DNA of 64,000 nt from Candidatus Sericytochromatia bacterium. Lineage in GTDB: Bacteria; Cyanobacteriota; Sericytochromatia; S15B-MN24; UBA4093. The notes below the pieces were generated by a model. The model was given only the letters and a program-made list of their open reading frames with translations. It was not told the origin of the DNA and ran no database searches. The DNA lies in contig JAKFBU010000019.1 of the NCBI GenBank assembly GCA_036676985.1, forward strand, positions 1-64,000. The letters are read 5' to 3'. This document shows positions 16,052 through 25,261 of this stretch, piece after piece (the first letter of the stretch is position 1; every line of letters starts with the position of its first letter). The position numbers were made by a program, and so were the translations under genes.

Positions 16052-17929
16052 ATGGCTACCAATCCCCTCAACGGCGGCACCGGCCCTATCCGCCCTCGCC
16101 TTCCGAACGCCGCAACCGCCCCGCTGCAGCCGCAGGCTCCACAGCAGGCTCCCGCGCGCCGTCCGGCCGACGCCAACCAGGTCGCCGGCCGCGGCCGCCA
16201 GACGTTGCAGGCCACGGGCGCCGAAGCCAGCAAGCTCGCCAAGGAGGAACAGCTCTCGAAGCTGAAGGCCGAGATGGCCAAGCGCCAGATGGAGCTTCGC
16301 TCGCAGGAAGCCCCCAAGAGCGTGTGGGACCGCGTGACCTCCTGGGCGGAGAACGTCTTCGACAAGGCCAAGCAGGAAGTCAAGGAGCTGGGCCAGCAGA
16401 TCGCGACCCTGGAGGCCGAGATCGGCGAGATCGCCAAGGACGGGGCCCAGGCCATCTCGGATGGAGTGTCGGCGACCTCCAGGAGCCTGAGAGAAGGCAA
16501 GGGCGTGCTCGACTCGCTCGAGGACGGCGTGGACGCCGCCGGCACCACGATCGCCCGCGAGATCGTCAGCCCCATGCTGGACCGCACCGCGCTCGGCGCG
16601 GGCGATCAGGCAGAGGACAAGCACGACCTGCTCGGCCCGGTGCTCACCAACCGCCTGGCCATGGGCGAGAGCGCCTCGATCAAGCTCGAAGCGGGCGCCA
16701 CCTTGCCCCTGCAGGCCCTGGGCATCCCCAACGCCCGCATCGACGGCGGGGGCACCCTCGAAGTCAGGCGCGTCCCGAAACTCGGCCCCGACGGACAGGC
16801 GCTCACCGAGCCCAAGGATGCCAAGGGCATGCCGCCCAGCGAGCTGAAAGTCACCGTCACCGTCGAGGGACAGGCCGGCGCCTTCTATTCGGCCGAGGTC
16901 GGCATGCAGGCGGGCATCGACGTGGGCGATCGCACGATCGGTCCTCAGGCGAGCGCACGCGCCGAGGCCGAGGCGGGGCTCAAGGGCAAGGCCTCTATCA
17001 CCTTCTCCTTCGATCCGCAGAACGTGGCCGACATGGACGCCCTGGGCGGCATGATCAAGGCCACGGCCGAGACGGGCGCGCTCAGCACCTTCCCGGGCCT
17101 GGGCCCCTTCCTCGGCTCGGCCGAGGCCGTCCGCAACGCCGACGCATTCCGCGAGTTCGGGCGGCGCGCCGAGTCGGTCGAGGGCCAGGGCAGCCTCTAC
17201 GCCCAGGCCAACGCGAGCCTGTCGGCGGATGTCGGCGTCTGGGAGGGCCTGGGCAAGACCGAAGCCGGAAAGGCTCAGAAGACCTACACCGACAAGGGCA
17301 GCGAGGTCGTCACCCTCGACGAGCTCTGCAAGAACATCGGGGCCCTCGAAGGGGCCGTCGGCGGCCAGCTCGGTGTGGGCGGCAGGGTCAACCTGCGCAC
17401 CGGCGAGAAGACCGTTTTCATCGACGTGCAGGGCTCCGCGCATGCGGGCGCCTACCTCGCCAACCTGGGCAAGGACGCCGACGTCGGCGCCAGCCGCCGG
17501 CTCGCTCTGACCTACAACCGCGAGGGCGAGCTCACGAGCGTGCGCGTCAACCAGGAGGTCAGCAAGTCCCAGTTCGAGGGCATCAAGAGCACGGTCGAGG
17601 ACATCTACGGCCGTCCCCTCAACGAGGGCCTGGTCGCGGGCATCGGCGAGGAGGACAAGGTCCGCATCTCGTACGAGCTCAAGCCCGAGCACCGGGAGCG
17701 CATCGCCGCCATGCTCCAGGGCTCGGCCATGGAGAAGGCGGGCGCCGTCCGCGAGCTCGCCGGCATGACCATCGACCCCAACACGGTGAAGCTCAAGCAG
17801 GGCGACGTCGTGGCCGTCCACATCGACAACTTCTCGGTCGGCGGCTCCCTGCGCCTGAGCGCGGGCGCGGTTGCCGGGGTCCGCGCCAAGCTGACGCTCA
17901 GCCGAGGCCAAGAATCGGTGGTTGATTAG
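16052..17929 (+). CDS. large hypothetical protein (disordered N-terminus, coiled coil, Gly/Ala-rich beta-strand region)
   Basis: AGGAGG RBS; 625 aa with strong codon bias; no recognisable family. Confidence 0.8.
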   Translation: MATNPLNGGTGPIRPRLPNAATAPLQPQAPQQAPARRPADANQVAGRGRQTLQATGAEASKLAKEEQLSKLKAEMAKRQMELRSQEAPKSVWDRVTSWAENVFDKAKQEVKELGQQIATLEAEIGEIAKDGAQAISDGVSATSRSLREGKGVLDSLEDGVDAAGTTIAREIVSPMLDRTALGAGDQAEDKHDLLGPVLTNRLAMGESASIKLEAGATLPLQALGIPNARIDGGGTLEVRRVPKLGPDGQALTEPKDAKGMPPSELKVTVTVEGQAGAFYSAEVGMQAGIDVGDRTIGPQASARAEAEAGLKGKASITFSFDPQNVADMDALGGMIKATAETGALSTFPGLGPFLGSAEAVRNADAFREFGRRAESVEGQGSLYAQANASLSADVGVWEGLGKTEAGKAQKTYTDKGSEVVTLDELCKNIGALEGAVGGQLGVGGRVNLRTGEKTVFIDVQGSAHAGAYLANLGKDADVGASRRLALTYNREGELTSVRVNQEVSKSQFEGIKSTVEDIYGRPLNEGLVAGIGEEDKVRISYELKPEHRERIAAMLQGSAMEKAGAVRELAGMTIDPNTVKLKQGDVVAVHIDNFSVGGSLRLSAGAVAGVRAKLTLSRGQESVVD

Positions 17930-17956
17930 CGCGCGGGACTGCCGGATAATAACGGC

Positions 17957-18364
17957 ATGAACACGCAAACCGACCTCATCACCGGAGAGCGGACCTACAC
18001 GCTCACCGTCGACTCCTTGACCATCTCGCTCTTCGGCCGCGCCAAGGGCGAGGTGCGCCTCACGTGCACGCCCGAGGGTCAGTTGACGGCTTTCGAGGCC
18101 GTGGCCCATCCGGCGCCCTTCCTGGTCCGCCAGAAGGCCGAGACCATCGCGGAGGCCGCCACATGGGACCTGCCCGCCTCCGAGCTGAACGCCGTCCCCG
18201 ACAACAGCCGGATCATCGTGCGCCTCACGCTCGGGGACAAGGCCCTCGCGGGTCTCCAGACGACCTCCGTCTTCGCCGCCGAGGACGTCGTCGCCCTCAT
18301 CGAGCGCGCCCAGGACGAGCCGCCGGGCGCCTGGCAGGTGGAAGACATCGAGGTCGAGATCTAG
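17957..18364 (+). CDS. small acidic hypothetical protein
   Basis: ORF between the 625-aa gene and the methyltransferase; its stop abuts the next start. Confidence 0.75.
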   Translation: MNTQTDLITGERTYTLTVDSLTISLFGRAKGEVRLTCTPEGQLTAFEAVAHPAPFLVRQKAETIAEAATWDLPASELNAVPDNSRIIVRLTLGDKALAGLQTTSVFAAEDVVALIERAQDEPPGAWQVEDIEVEI

Positions 18365-20629
18365 GTGGCAAGCTCCCCCCGGCGCTCGCGCCCCCAGGAA
18401 GACCCCAAGCAACAGGCCCTCCGCCAGGGCGTCTCCATGCTCTCCGAAGCCATCGCGAGCACCGAGGAGACCGCCGGCTGCTACGTGCTCGCCGAGGCGC
18501 TCTTCAGCTGGCTTCGGGACCACGGCGATCGCACCGCCCTCCAGCATGCCGTGACCGAGGCGCTGTCGAGCCTCGGGGGCGATCGCATCCCCCTCTTCGC
18601 CGACCTGGCGCCCCTGCCTCTGCGGGTGGGCGCCCCCTCGGTCGACGAGCTGACCGACCGGCTCGCGGCCCTCTTCGCGGCGGTCGAGTGGAGCTACGAG
18701 GACGGCGAGCTCCTGGGCGCCCTCTTCGAGACCCACCTCAACCCGGTCCAGCGCAAGAAGCACGGGGCCTTCTACACCCCGCGGCCCATCGTGGACTACC
18801 TGCTCGACGCGACCCTGCCCGACCAGCACCTGCCCCTGTCCAAGACCTTCCGGCTCCTGGACCCCTCGTGCGGCGCGGGTAACTTCCTGTCGGCTGCGCT
18901 CGAGGCGCTCTTCGATCGGGTCTGGACCCCCCAGACGGGCTCCGAGGGCCGCTACCTGCGCCTCAAGCGCGTGATGGAGCAGCACCTGTACGGCCTGGAC
19001 CTCAACCCGTGGGCGATCCGGCTCGCGCAGATCCGCCTCAACTTCGTCCAGCTCAAGCTCGTCCCCGAGCTCAAGCGCCCCCTGAAGGCCCACCTCCTGG
19101 GCCGCAACACGCTGCAGGATCACGACCCCCGGCTCGAGGCCGGCTTCGACGTGATCGTGGGCAACCCGCCCTACGGCGCCGAGATCTCGGATCAGGACAA
19201 GCGCTTCTTCCAGCGGCACTACCGCCTGGGCAACGGGCGCCAGGAGACGACGGCCCTCTTCATCGAGCGCTCGGCTCAGCTCCTCAAGCCCAAGGGCCGC
19301 CTGGGCCTGGTGGTGCCCCACGGCATCACGCGCACGGGTGCCTACGCCGAGTGCCGTCGCCTCCTGGTCGAGGACATGCGCCTAACAGCCCTCCTGGACC
19401 TCGGCAGCGCCTTTCCGGGCGTCAACCTCGAGACCATGGCTTTTGTCGCCGAGCACCACCGCACTGTTCGAAAGGCCGGCCAGCTGCCCTGGGCGCCGGA
19501 CGATCGGGCTGAGGTTCGGCTGGATACCTTCCGGGACGGCGAGATGCGCCACGTGGGGACGCAGCTGCACGGCTTCTACCGCCAGCGGGCGACCATGCCC
19601 ATCTACGTGGACCAGCACAACGGCGGCTGGATCGGCAAGGTCGAGGCCCTGGGCGTGCCCCTGCAGGACATTGCGGCCATCCGGCGCGGCGCGGGCATCT
19701 CGGCGCGGGAGGATGCGATCGCCCTGCGCGAGGACGGCATTCCCGTCGTGCGCGGGCGGGACATCCGCCGCTACGGGGCGGACTGCGGCCCCATGCGCCT
19801 GCACCCGCACTACCCGTTGCGCGATCGCTTCCGGCGCGACGTCCTGGAGGCGCCGCGCATCGGCTACCAGAACATCGCGAGCGCGGTGGTCGCGACCATG
19901 TTGCCCGCGGGCTCCATGCCCCTGGACACGGTAAACGTGCTGGAGCCCCAGGCCGATTGGGACGAGGGCTACATGCTGGGCCTTTTGAACTCGCGCCTGA
20001 TGGAGGCCTACTTCCAGCTCGTCATCGCCAACAAGGCGCAGCTCACGCTGCACCTGGACACGCCGACGCTCGGCACCCTGCCCATCCTGTTGCCGAGCCA
20101 GGCCGAGCAGCGCTCCATCGCCGCGGAGGTCCGCAAGGTGCTCGACGACATGTCGGGCGCCTCCACATGGGAGCTGGCGCTGACCTTGGAGGCGAACTAC
20201 TGGGAGACGCCGGAGGCGTTGCAGGCGGCGGCCCGGGACCTGAGCCTGGACATGGACAGCCGCCGCAAGCGTGCCGCGGCGCGGCTCGCCGAGATCGACA
20301 CGCGACTCATGGAGCTCTATGGGCTCACGGAGGCCGAGATGGAACTGGTGCGGGCGGAGACGCCGCACTCGACCCGCAAGCCGCCCAAGGAGCTCGCCAA
20401 GGCCGCGGAGATCGTCGTCGCTCGTGGTCTCTTGCGCCTCCTGGACAAGTCCCAGGCCTCGCGCGAGGCAGTGGACCTGTGGCGCCACTGGGCGCGGCCT
20501 GATGCCGAGGTCTGGCTCGAAGCCTGGGGCGGCGAGCTGGACGAGCTTCCGGAGTTGCTCGGGAAGTACGGCGGGGTGCTGCACGGGCGTCGGCTCGGCA
20601 TGTGGCAGCCGGGGTTGCAGCCGGTTTAA
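18365..20629 (+). CDS. N6-adenine DNA methyltransferase, gamma class (Eco57I/TaqI-like) with C-terminal target-recognition domain
   Basis: GAFYTP, LDPSCGAGNFL (motif I), GNPPY (motif IV), LGLLNSRL TaqI-C-like segment. Confidence 0.9.
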   Translation: MASSPRRSRPQEDPKQQALRQGVSMLSEAIASTEETAGCYVLAEALFSWLRDHGDRTALQHAVTEALSSLGGDRIPLFADLAPLPLRVGAPSVDELTDRLAALFAAVEWSYEDGELLGALFETHLNPVQRKKHGAFYTPRPIVDYLLDATLPDQHLPLSKTFRLLDPSCGAGNFLSAALEALFDRVWTPQTGSEGRYLRLKRVMEQHLYGLDLNPWAIRLAQIRLNFVQLKLVPELKRPLKAHLLGRNTLQDHDPRLEAGFDVIVGNPPYGAEISDQDKRFFQRHYRLGNGRQETTALFIERSAQLLKPKGRLGLVVPHGITRTGAYAECRRLLVEDMRLTALLDLGSAFPGVNLETMAFVAEHHRTVRKAGQLPWAPDDRAEVRLDTFRDGEMRHVGTQLHGFYRQRATMPIYVDQHNGGWIGKVEALGVPLQDIAAIRRGAGISAREDAIALREDGIPVVRGRDIRRYGADCGPMRLHPHYPLRDRFRRDVLEAPRIGYQNIASAVVATMLPAGSMPLDTVNVLEPQADWDEGYMLGLLNSRLMEAYFQLVIANKAQLTLHLDTPTLGTLPILLPSQAEQRSIAAEVRKVLDDMSGASTWELALTLEANYWETPEALQAAARDLSLDMDSRRKRAAARLAEIDTRLMELYGLTEAEMELVRAETPHSTRKPPKELAKAAEIVVARGLLRLLDKSQASREAVDLWRHWARPDAEVWLEAWGGELDELPELLGKYGGVLHGRRLGMWQPGLQPV

Positions 20630-20657
20630 CGGCCTACCCTACGACTCGCCATGCACT

Positions 20658-20825
20658 GGAGGAACCGTTTGCATTTCGACCAGGCTCAATGTGAACGGGA
20701 TGGTTGTTGACCTCGCGTGATATCTGCTTCCTCAGGGCTCTGCCCCGTGTGCCACCCACAACCAAACCGTTCGACTTGAGCCTGCTCGAAAGCCTGTCCT
20801 GAGCCTGTCGAAGGGGCGAACGCCT
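20658..20825. repeat. REP-like elements, family A (two copies, includes GTCCTGAGCCTGTCGAAGG)
   Basis: ccgtttgcatttcgaccaggctcaatgtgaacgg and ccgttcgacttgagcctgctcgaaagcctgtcctgagcctgtcgaagg. Confidence 0.8.
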
Positions 20826-20905
20826 CCTCGGCTGCATGACCACCCAGCGGCATGACAAAAGAACCGCTCACCCGATTGGGCGAGCGGTTCTTGGCTGAAG
20901 CAACC

Positions 20906-21628
20906 TTATTGCGCCGGCATGTTCACGAACGCCACGCCCGGATCCAGCCGGAACGTGCCGCCCGGAAGATAGCTCAGCCCCTTCACCAGGGCCGCGTTCT
21001 TGGGCCCTTCCTTGTCGAGCATGGCGACGATCTGCTCGCGGGCCTTCTTCTTGAGGTCGCCGCCGAACAGCTTCGCGAGCCAGCTGGAGGTGGTGGCCTT
21101 CACCGTGTCCTCCGGCTGCGTGATCCACATGATGCCGAACGGATCGATCCGCACGTCGAAGTCGAACGACAGATTGATGTTCTGTCCCTGCTCCACGACC
21201 GTGCCCAGCACGCGGACCCGGTTGCCCACACGGCTCGCTTGCAGGCCCTGCGGCAGCCCGCCCTTGACGTTCTTGAGCAGCTCCGTGGCCACCGTGTCGA
21301 TGGCCTGGCGGCGCAGCTTGTCGCGCTCGGCCTCGATGGTGGGATCGGGCGCGCCGTTGCCCATGAACCGCGACGACAGGTAGTCGTCGATGATCTGGGC
21401 CGCCGCCTGGGGATGGTTGAGCTTGATCCACAGCACGAAGGGATTCTTGCTGATGTCGTCCGAGGCCCCCGCAGCGGCGGGAGCCGGAGAAGACGCCTTG
21501 TACTGCTGGGAAGGTGTCGACTGGACGGGCTTCTTGACGGCCGTGGGCGCACCACCGCAACCGATCAGCATCATGCCGGCCAACATCGCGAGGCTCAGTT
21601 GTAAATAGCGATGGTCCCTGCGCGGCAT
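20906..21628 (-). CDS. hypothetical lipoprotein
   Basis: lipobox MLIGC; host codon bias. Confidence 0.8.
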   Translation of the reverse strand: MPRRDHRYLQLSLAMLAGMMLIGCGGAPTAVKKPVQSTPSQQYKASSPAPAAAGASDDISKNPFVLWIKLNHPQAAAQIIDDYLSSRFMGNGAPDPTIEAERDKLRRQAIDTVATELLKNVKGGLPQGLQASRVGNRVRVLGTVVEQGQNINLSFDFDVRIDPFGIMWITQPEDTVKATTSSWLAKLFGGDLKKKAREQIVAMLDKEGPKNAALVKGLSYLPGGTFRLDPGVAFVNMPAQ

Positions 21629-21728
21629 ACGCTCCCCCCTGTCCACTTCTTCCAGGGTTATGGGACGGACGCGCCGAAAACTTAGTAAAGCTCAGTTTAA
21701 GAACGGCTTAATTTTAGAACACCGCCCC

Positions 21729-22640
21729 CTAGACGGGGACGGTGACGATCCGGTTGCGACCCGTGCGCTTGGCCTCATAGAGCAGCTGGTCGGCACGGTC
21801 CAGCAGGTCCGCCGGGCTGTCCTCGGCCATGGCCTCGGTGGCCCCGACGCTCACCGTGATGCAGACGGTCTCGTCGGGGGCGGTGAAGGGGTGCTTGGCG
21901 AGCTCCGCGCGCACCCGCTCGGCCTGCAGCACCGCCTCGTCGAGCCGGCGGCCGGGAAGGATGTACAGGAACTCCTCGCCGCCGTAGCGACCGATGACGT
22001 CCTGGCGCCGCGAGGTGTGCCGCAGCACGCTCGCCATCTCCTGGAGGACGCGATCGCCCACCGCATGCCCCCAGCGGTCGTTGATGCCCTTGAAGCGATC
22101 CACGTCGAAGAGCAGCACCGAGAGGGGATGGCCGTGGGCGCGCGCCCCCATGAGGGCCTCCGTGAGGGCGGTGTCGAGAAACCGACGGTTGGGCAGGCCC
22201 GTCAGGTGGTCGTGATAGGCGAGCTCCCACAGGCAATCCCGCTCGCGGCGCAGCACGGCCTCGCGCTGGAGGCGGGTGCGCAGCAGATCGAGGCGGGCAT
22301 GCAGCTCCGCCGGGGTCTCCGGCTGCACCCACACGTCGTCGGCCTCGGTTTGCCGGGTCCGCAGGTAGGCCTCCTCGTAGCTCCGCTCGATGAGCACGAC
22401 GGGCACGGGCGGCATGCTGGCGAGGCCCTTGAGGATGCGGCACACCTCGCCGCCGTTGAGGCCGGCGAGCTCGGCATCGGCCAGGATGAGGGCGGGCGGG
22501 TTGCGCGTGGCCTGATCCAGGGCGACAAGACCGTTGGTCGCTTTGACCACGCGGTAGCCCGTCCCCGAAAGCTCCGCCGCGATCCACTCGCTGGGGGCCT
22601 CCGAGGCATAGATCACTGTGGATTGCGTGGCATCCGTCAT
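21729..22640 (-). CDS. response-regulator receiver + GGDEF diguanylate cyclase
   Basis: degenerate REC domain (LILAD), DHLTGLPNRR, RRQD I-site, RYGGEEF. Confidence 0.92.
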   Translation of the reverse strand: MTDATQSTVIYASEAPSEWIAAELSGTGYRVVKATNGLVALDQATRNPPALILADAELAGLNGGEVCRILKGLASMPPVPVVLIERSYEEAYLRTRQTEADDVWVQPETPAELHARLDLLRTRLQREAVLRRERDCLWELAYHDHLTGLPNRRFLDTALTEALMGARAHGHPLSVLLFDVDRFKGINDRWGHAVGDRVLQEMASVLRHTSRRQDVIGRYGGEEFLYILPGRRLDEAVLQAERVRAELAKHPFTAPDETVCITVSVGATEAMAEDSPADLLDRADQLLYEAKRTGRNRIVTVPV

Positions 22641-22803
22641 GATGTCGAGACTCCTCTTCGGCATCGTGCCCCATGGGCGGGCGCCCGTAACGAGGCAAGC
22701 GAGCCGCCCGCGCGCGTTTCCGCCCCTCCCGGCCGGCATGCGACACGGAAAGGCCCCCTGCTCTTGACGAGCAGGGGGCCGAGCAGGTTCCGGGGCTTGT
22801 GGC

Positions 22804-23586
22804 CTAGCGGGCCTTGAGCTTGGCGAGGCGCGCGAGCGACTCGGCGTCGGCGACCTTGGCGCGGGGCTTCAGCTCGACGACCGGGGCCGCCACCTCGGCG
22901 ATCGCCGTGCGCTTGGCGCGGGCCTTCTTGGGCGCCGCCGGCTTGGCGACGGCCTTGGGAGCCTTCTTCGCCACCGGCTTGGTGATGGGCACGGGCTGCT
23001 TGGCGACCTTGGCAACCTTGGCGGGCTTGACCGGAGCGACCTTCTCGGCGACCGGCTTCACGACCACCTTGGCCGCGGGCTTCTTGGCGGCCTTCTTGGC
23101 GGCGGCGCGCTTGGCCTTGCGCAGGTCCTTGGGCCACACCTTGAGGCCGTAGGTGCCATCCGCCACCCACTCGAAGGGCGAGTCGGCGTTGCGCTGCATG
23201 TCGTCGCCCACGCGGGCCCGCAGCGTGTAGGCCGGGGTCTTGCCCTCGGGACGGATGAGGCCGGCGCGGATGGCGCGGCGAGTGATCTCCTGGTAGTGCA
23301 GGGGCTTGCCGGCCAGCGTCAGGACCTTGAGCGCGGCTTCGCGCATGCTCATCGGGTGCTCGAGGATCTTCGAGGCCTTGATCTGCCAGGTGTGCGGCGC
23401 CGTCTGCTCGAAGCTCGAGTTCGGGTTCTGCGAGGCGCGCTTCAGCACCACGCCGATCGAGCGCTCGGGCTGCTTGGATCTCGGGGCGATCAGGCCCTTT
23501 CGGAGCGCACGGGCCACGATCTCGGCCTCCGTAAGCGGCTTGCGGGCTTCAGCCAGAATCAGGTGGGCGGCTTCGAGATAGGTCAT
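22804..23586 (-). CDS. tandem HARE-HTH (HB1/ASXL/restriction-endonuclease winged HTH) protein with histone-H1-like Lys/Ala/Pro tail
   Basis: two repeats MTYLEAAHLILAEARKPLTEAEIVARALRKGLI / MSMREAALKVLTLAGKPLHYQEITRRAIRAGLI..GKTP; tail AAKKAAKKPAAK. Confidence 0.85.
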   Translation of the reverse strand: MTYLEAAHLILAEARKPLTEAEIVARALRKGLIAPRSKQPERSIGVVLKRASQNPNSSFEQTAPHTWQIKASKILEHPMSMREAALKVLTLAGKPLHYQEITRRAIRAGLIRPEGKTPAYTLRARVGDDMQRNADSPFEWVADGTYGLKVWPKDLRKAKRAAAKKAAKKPAAKVVVKPVAEKVAPVKPAKVAKVAKQPVPITKPVAKKAPKAVAKPAAPKKARAKRTAIAEVAAPVVELKPRAKVADAESLARLAKLKAR

Positions 23587-23608
23587 TTCATGTCCCTCTT
23601 GTCGGGTC

Positions 23609-23870
23609 GATCTTAAGGGCGATCGATCGTTCAAACGCTTCCTATTCCTATTCTACCCCCAGATCGATCGCCTGTAAGCCCCTTTTGGCAAAGATTTTCG
23701 GCCGATCGGCGCAAACGCAGCGATCATGATCACTTTCGGCCCTCAAAAATTTTCAAATGATCGCCATGCCTGGGTTTGCGCCCCTTCAGTCGATCCGAAC
23801 CCTGATCTGCCCTGGATCCGAGCCCCCTCACTCGATCATGGGGCGATCGCCCCGGATCCGCCCTCCGATC
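23609..23870. promoter_or_regulatory. GATC cluster (16 sites) in a divergent promoter region
   Basis: GATC at 23609, 23621, 23625, 23662, 23666, 23704, 23722, 23728, 23759, 23792, 23804, 23815, 23834, 23845, 23855, 23867. Confidence 0.8.
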
Positions 23871-23914
23871 CCCGTCCAAAATGGCCGGAACCCGCCTCCC
23901 ACTTGGGAGTTCGG

Positions 23915-23942
23915 TTGACAAGCAACCCAACAGGGTTACAAT
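23915..23942 (+). promoter_or_regulatory. sigma70-type promoter
   Basis: TTGACA-N16-TACAAT. Confidence 0.65.
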
Positions 23943-24007
23943 AACTGGAGGACAGATTGGGCAAGTCGGCGCACGTCGTCTCCACTAGCCCGCGAAAGGA
24001 GATGCCC

Positions 24008-25192
24008 GTGGCGTACTCGCTCGCCTCCCGTACTTCCCGACTACACGGCTCGGCGATCCGCGAGCTGCTCAAGATCACCCAGCAGCCCGAGGTCATCTCG
24101 CTGGCGGGCGGCTTCCCCGCTCCCGAGCTGTTCCCCATCGACGCCCTCCAGAAGGCGAGCGAGACGGTGTTCCGCACGCACGGGCCGTCGGCCCTGCAGT
24201 ACGGCCCGACCGAGGGCGTGGGCGCCCTGCGCGCCCGGATCGCGGCGACCCAGCCGTTCCGCGTGCTGCCGGAGCAGGTGCTCGTCACCACAGGCTCCCA
24301 GCAGGGCCTGTTCCTGATCTCCCAGATCATGCTCGACCCAGGCGACTACGTGGTCGTCGAGTCGCCCACCTACCTGGGGGCCCTCCAGACCTTCGACGCC
24401 CATCAGGCCGAGTACCTGATCGTGGAGTCGGATATTAAGGGCGTCATCCCCGAGTCCCTCGAGGAGGTCCTCGCCAACGCCCCCAAGAAGCCCAAGTTCA
24501 TCTACCTGATCCCCAACCACCAGAACCCCTCGGGCCGCACCCTGGACGCGGTGCGCCGGTCGCAGGTGGTCGAGATCGCCGAGCGGCACGACGTGCTCAT
24601 CGTCGAGGACGATCCGTACGGCCCGCTGACCTTCATGGGCCACCTGCCGCCGCCCCTGCGCGCGTTCAGCGACACCCACGTGGTCTACCTGGGCTCCTTC
24701 TCCAAGGTCTTCGCGCCCAGCCTGCGCGTCGGCTACGCGATCCCGCCCTCCCGGCTCTTCAAGTACATGGTGCAGCTCAAGCAGACCACCGACCTCCAGA
24801 CGGGCAACCTCTGCCAGCTCCTGGCGCTCGAGACCTTCGCGGAGCTCGACTTCGACGCCCACCTGGAGCGCCTGCGCGCGACCTACGGCCACCGCTGCGA
24901 GTCCATGATGGCCGCGCTCGCGGCCCACTTCCCCGCGGGCACCACCTGGACCAACCCGACGGGCGGCATGTTCGTCTGGGTGCAGCTCGACAGCGACGTG
25001 GACACCCAGCAGCTGCTGGATCGCGCGGTCGAGCACAAGGTGGCCTTCGTGCCGGGCGCTCCCTTCTGCATCGACGGCAAGGGTCAGAACGCGCTGCGCC
25101 TCAACTTCTCGAACGTGGCTCCCGCCATCATCGAGGAGGGCGTCCAGCGCCTCGCAGGCCTGGTCAAGGCGGCCGTCGCCGCCACCGTCTAG
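24008..25192 (+). CDS. PLP-dependent class I/II aminotransferase (LysN/2-aminoadipate transaminase-like)
   Basis: SAIRELLK, ISLAGGFP, QNPSG, EDDPY, GSFSKVFAPSLRVG. Confidence 0.92.
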   Translation: MAYSLASRTSRLHGSAIRELLKITQQPEVISLAGGFPAPELFPIDALQKASETVFRTHGPSALQYGPTEGVGALRARIAATQPFRVLPEQVLVTTGSQQGLFLISQIMLDPGDYVVVESPTYLGALQTFDAHQAEYLIVESDIKGVIPESLEEVLANAPKKPKFIYLIPNHQNPSGRTLDAVRRSQVVEIAERHDVLIVEDDPYGPLTFMGHLPPPLRAFSDTHVVYLGSFSKVFAPSLRVGYAIPPSRLFKYMVQLKQTTDLQTGNLCQLLALETFAELDFDAHLERLRATYGHRCESMMAALAAHFPAGTTWTNPTGGMFVWVQLDSDVDTQQLLDRAVEHKVAFVPGAPFCIDGKGQNALRLNFSNVAPAIIEEGVQRLAGLVKAAVAATV

Positions 25193-25261
25193 GTTCGATC
25201 CGACATAGCAGCGGGTAAGGGATTATCAGGTCCCTTGCCCGCTGCTTTACATGGAGATCGC

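Noticed and set aside
15971-19321. 1116-aa minus-strand ORF and other long antisense ORFs (e.g. 7052-9118, 47871-50603, 56823-59084)
   Set aside because: Shadow frames of GC-rich genes on the opposite strand; they carry no motifs and the sense strand has the recognisable proteins.
23609-23870. GATC cluster as a replication origin (oriC)
   Set aside because: No TTATCCACA-like DnaA boxes, only a very short AT-rich patch, and no dnaA/dnaN nearby; cannot be fully excluded without GC-skew analysis.
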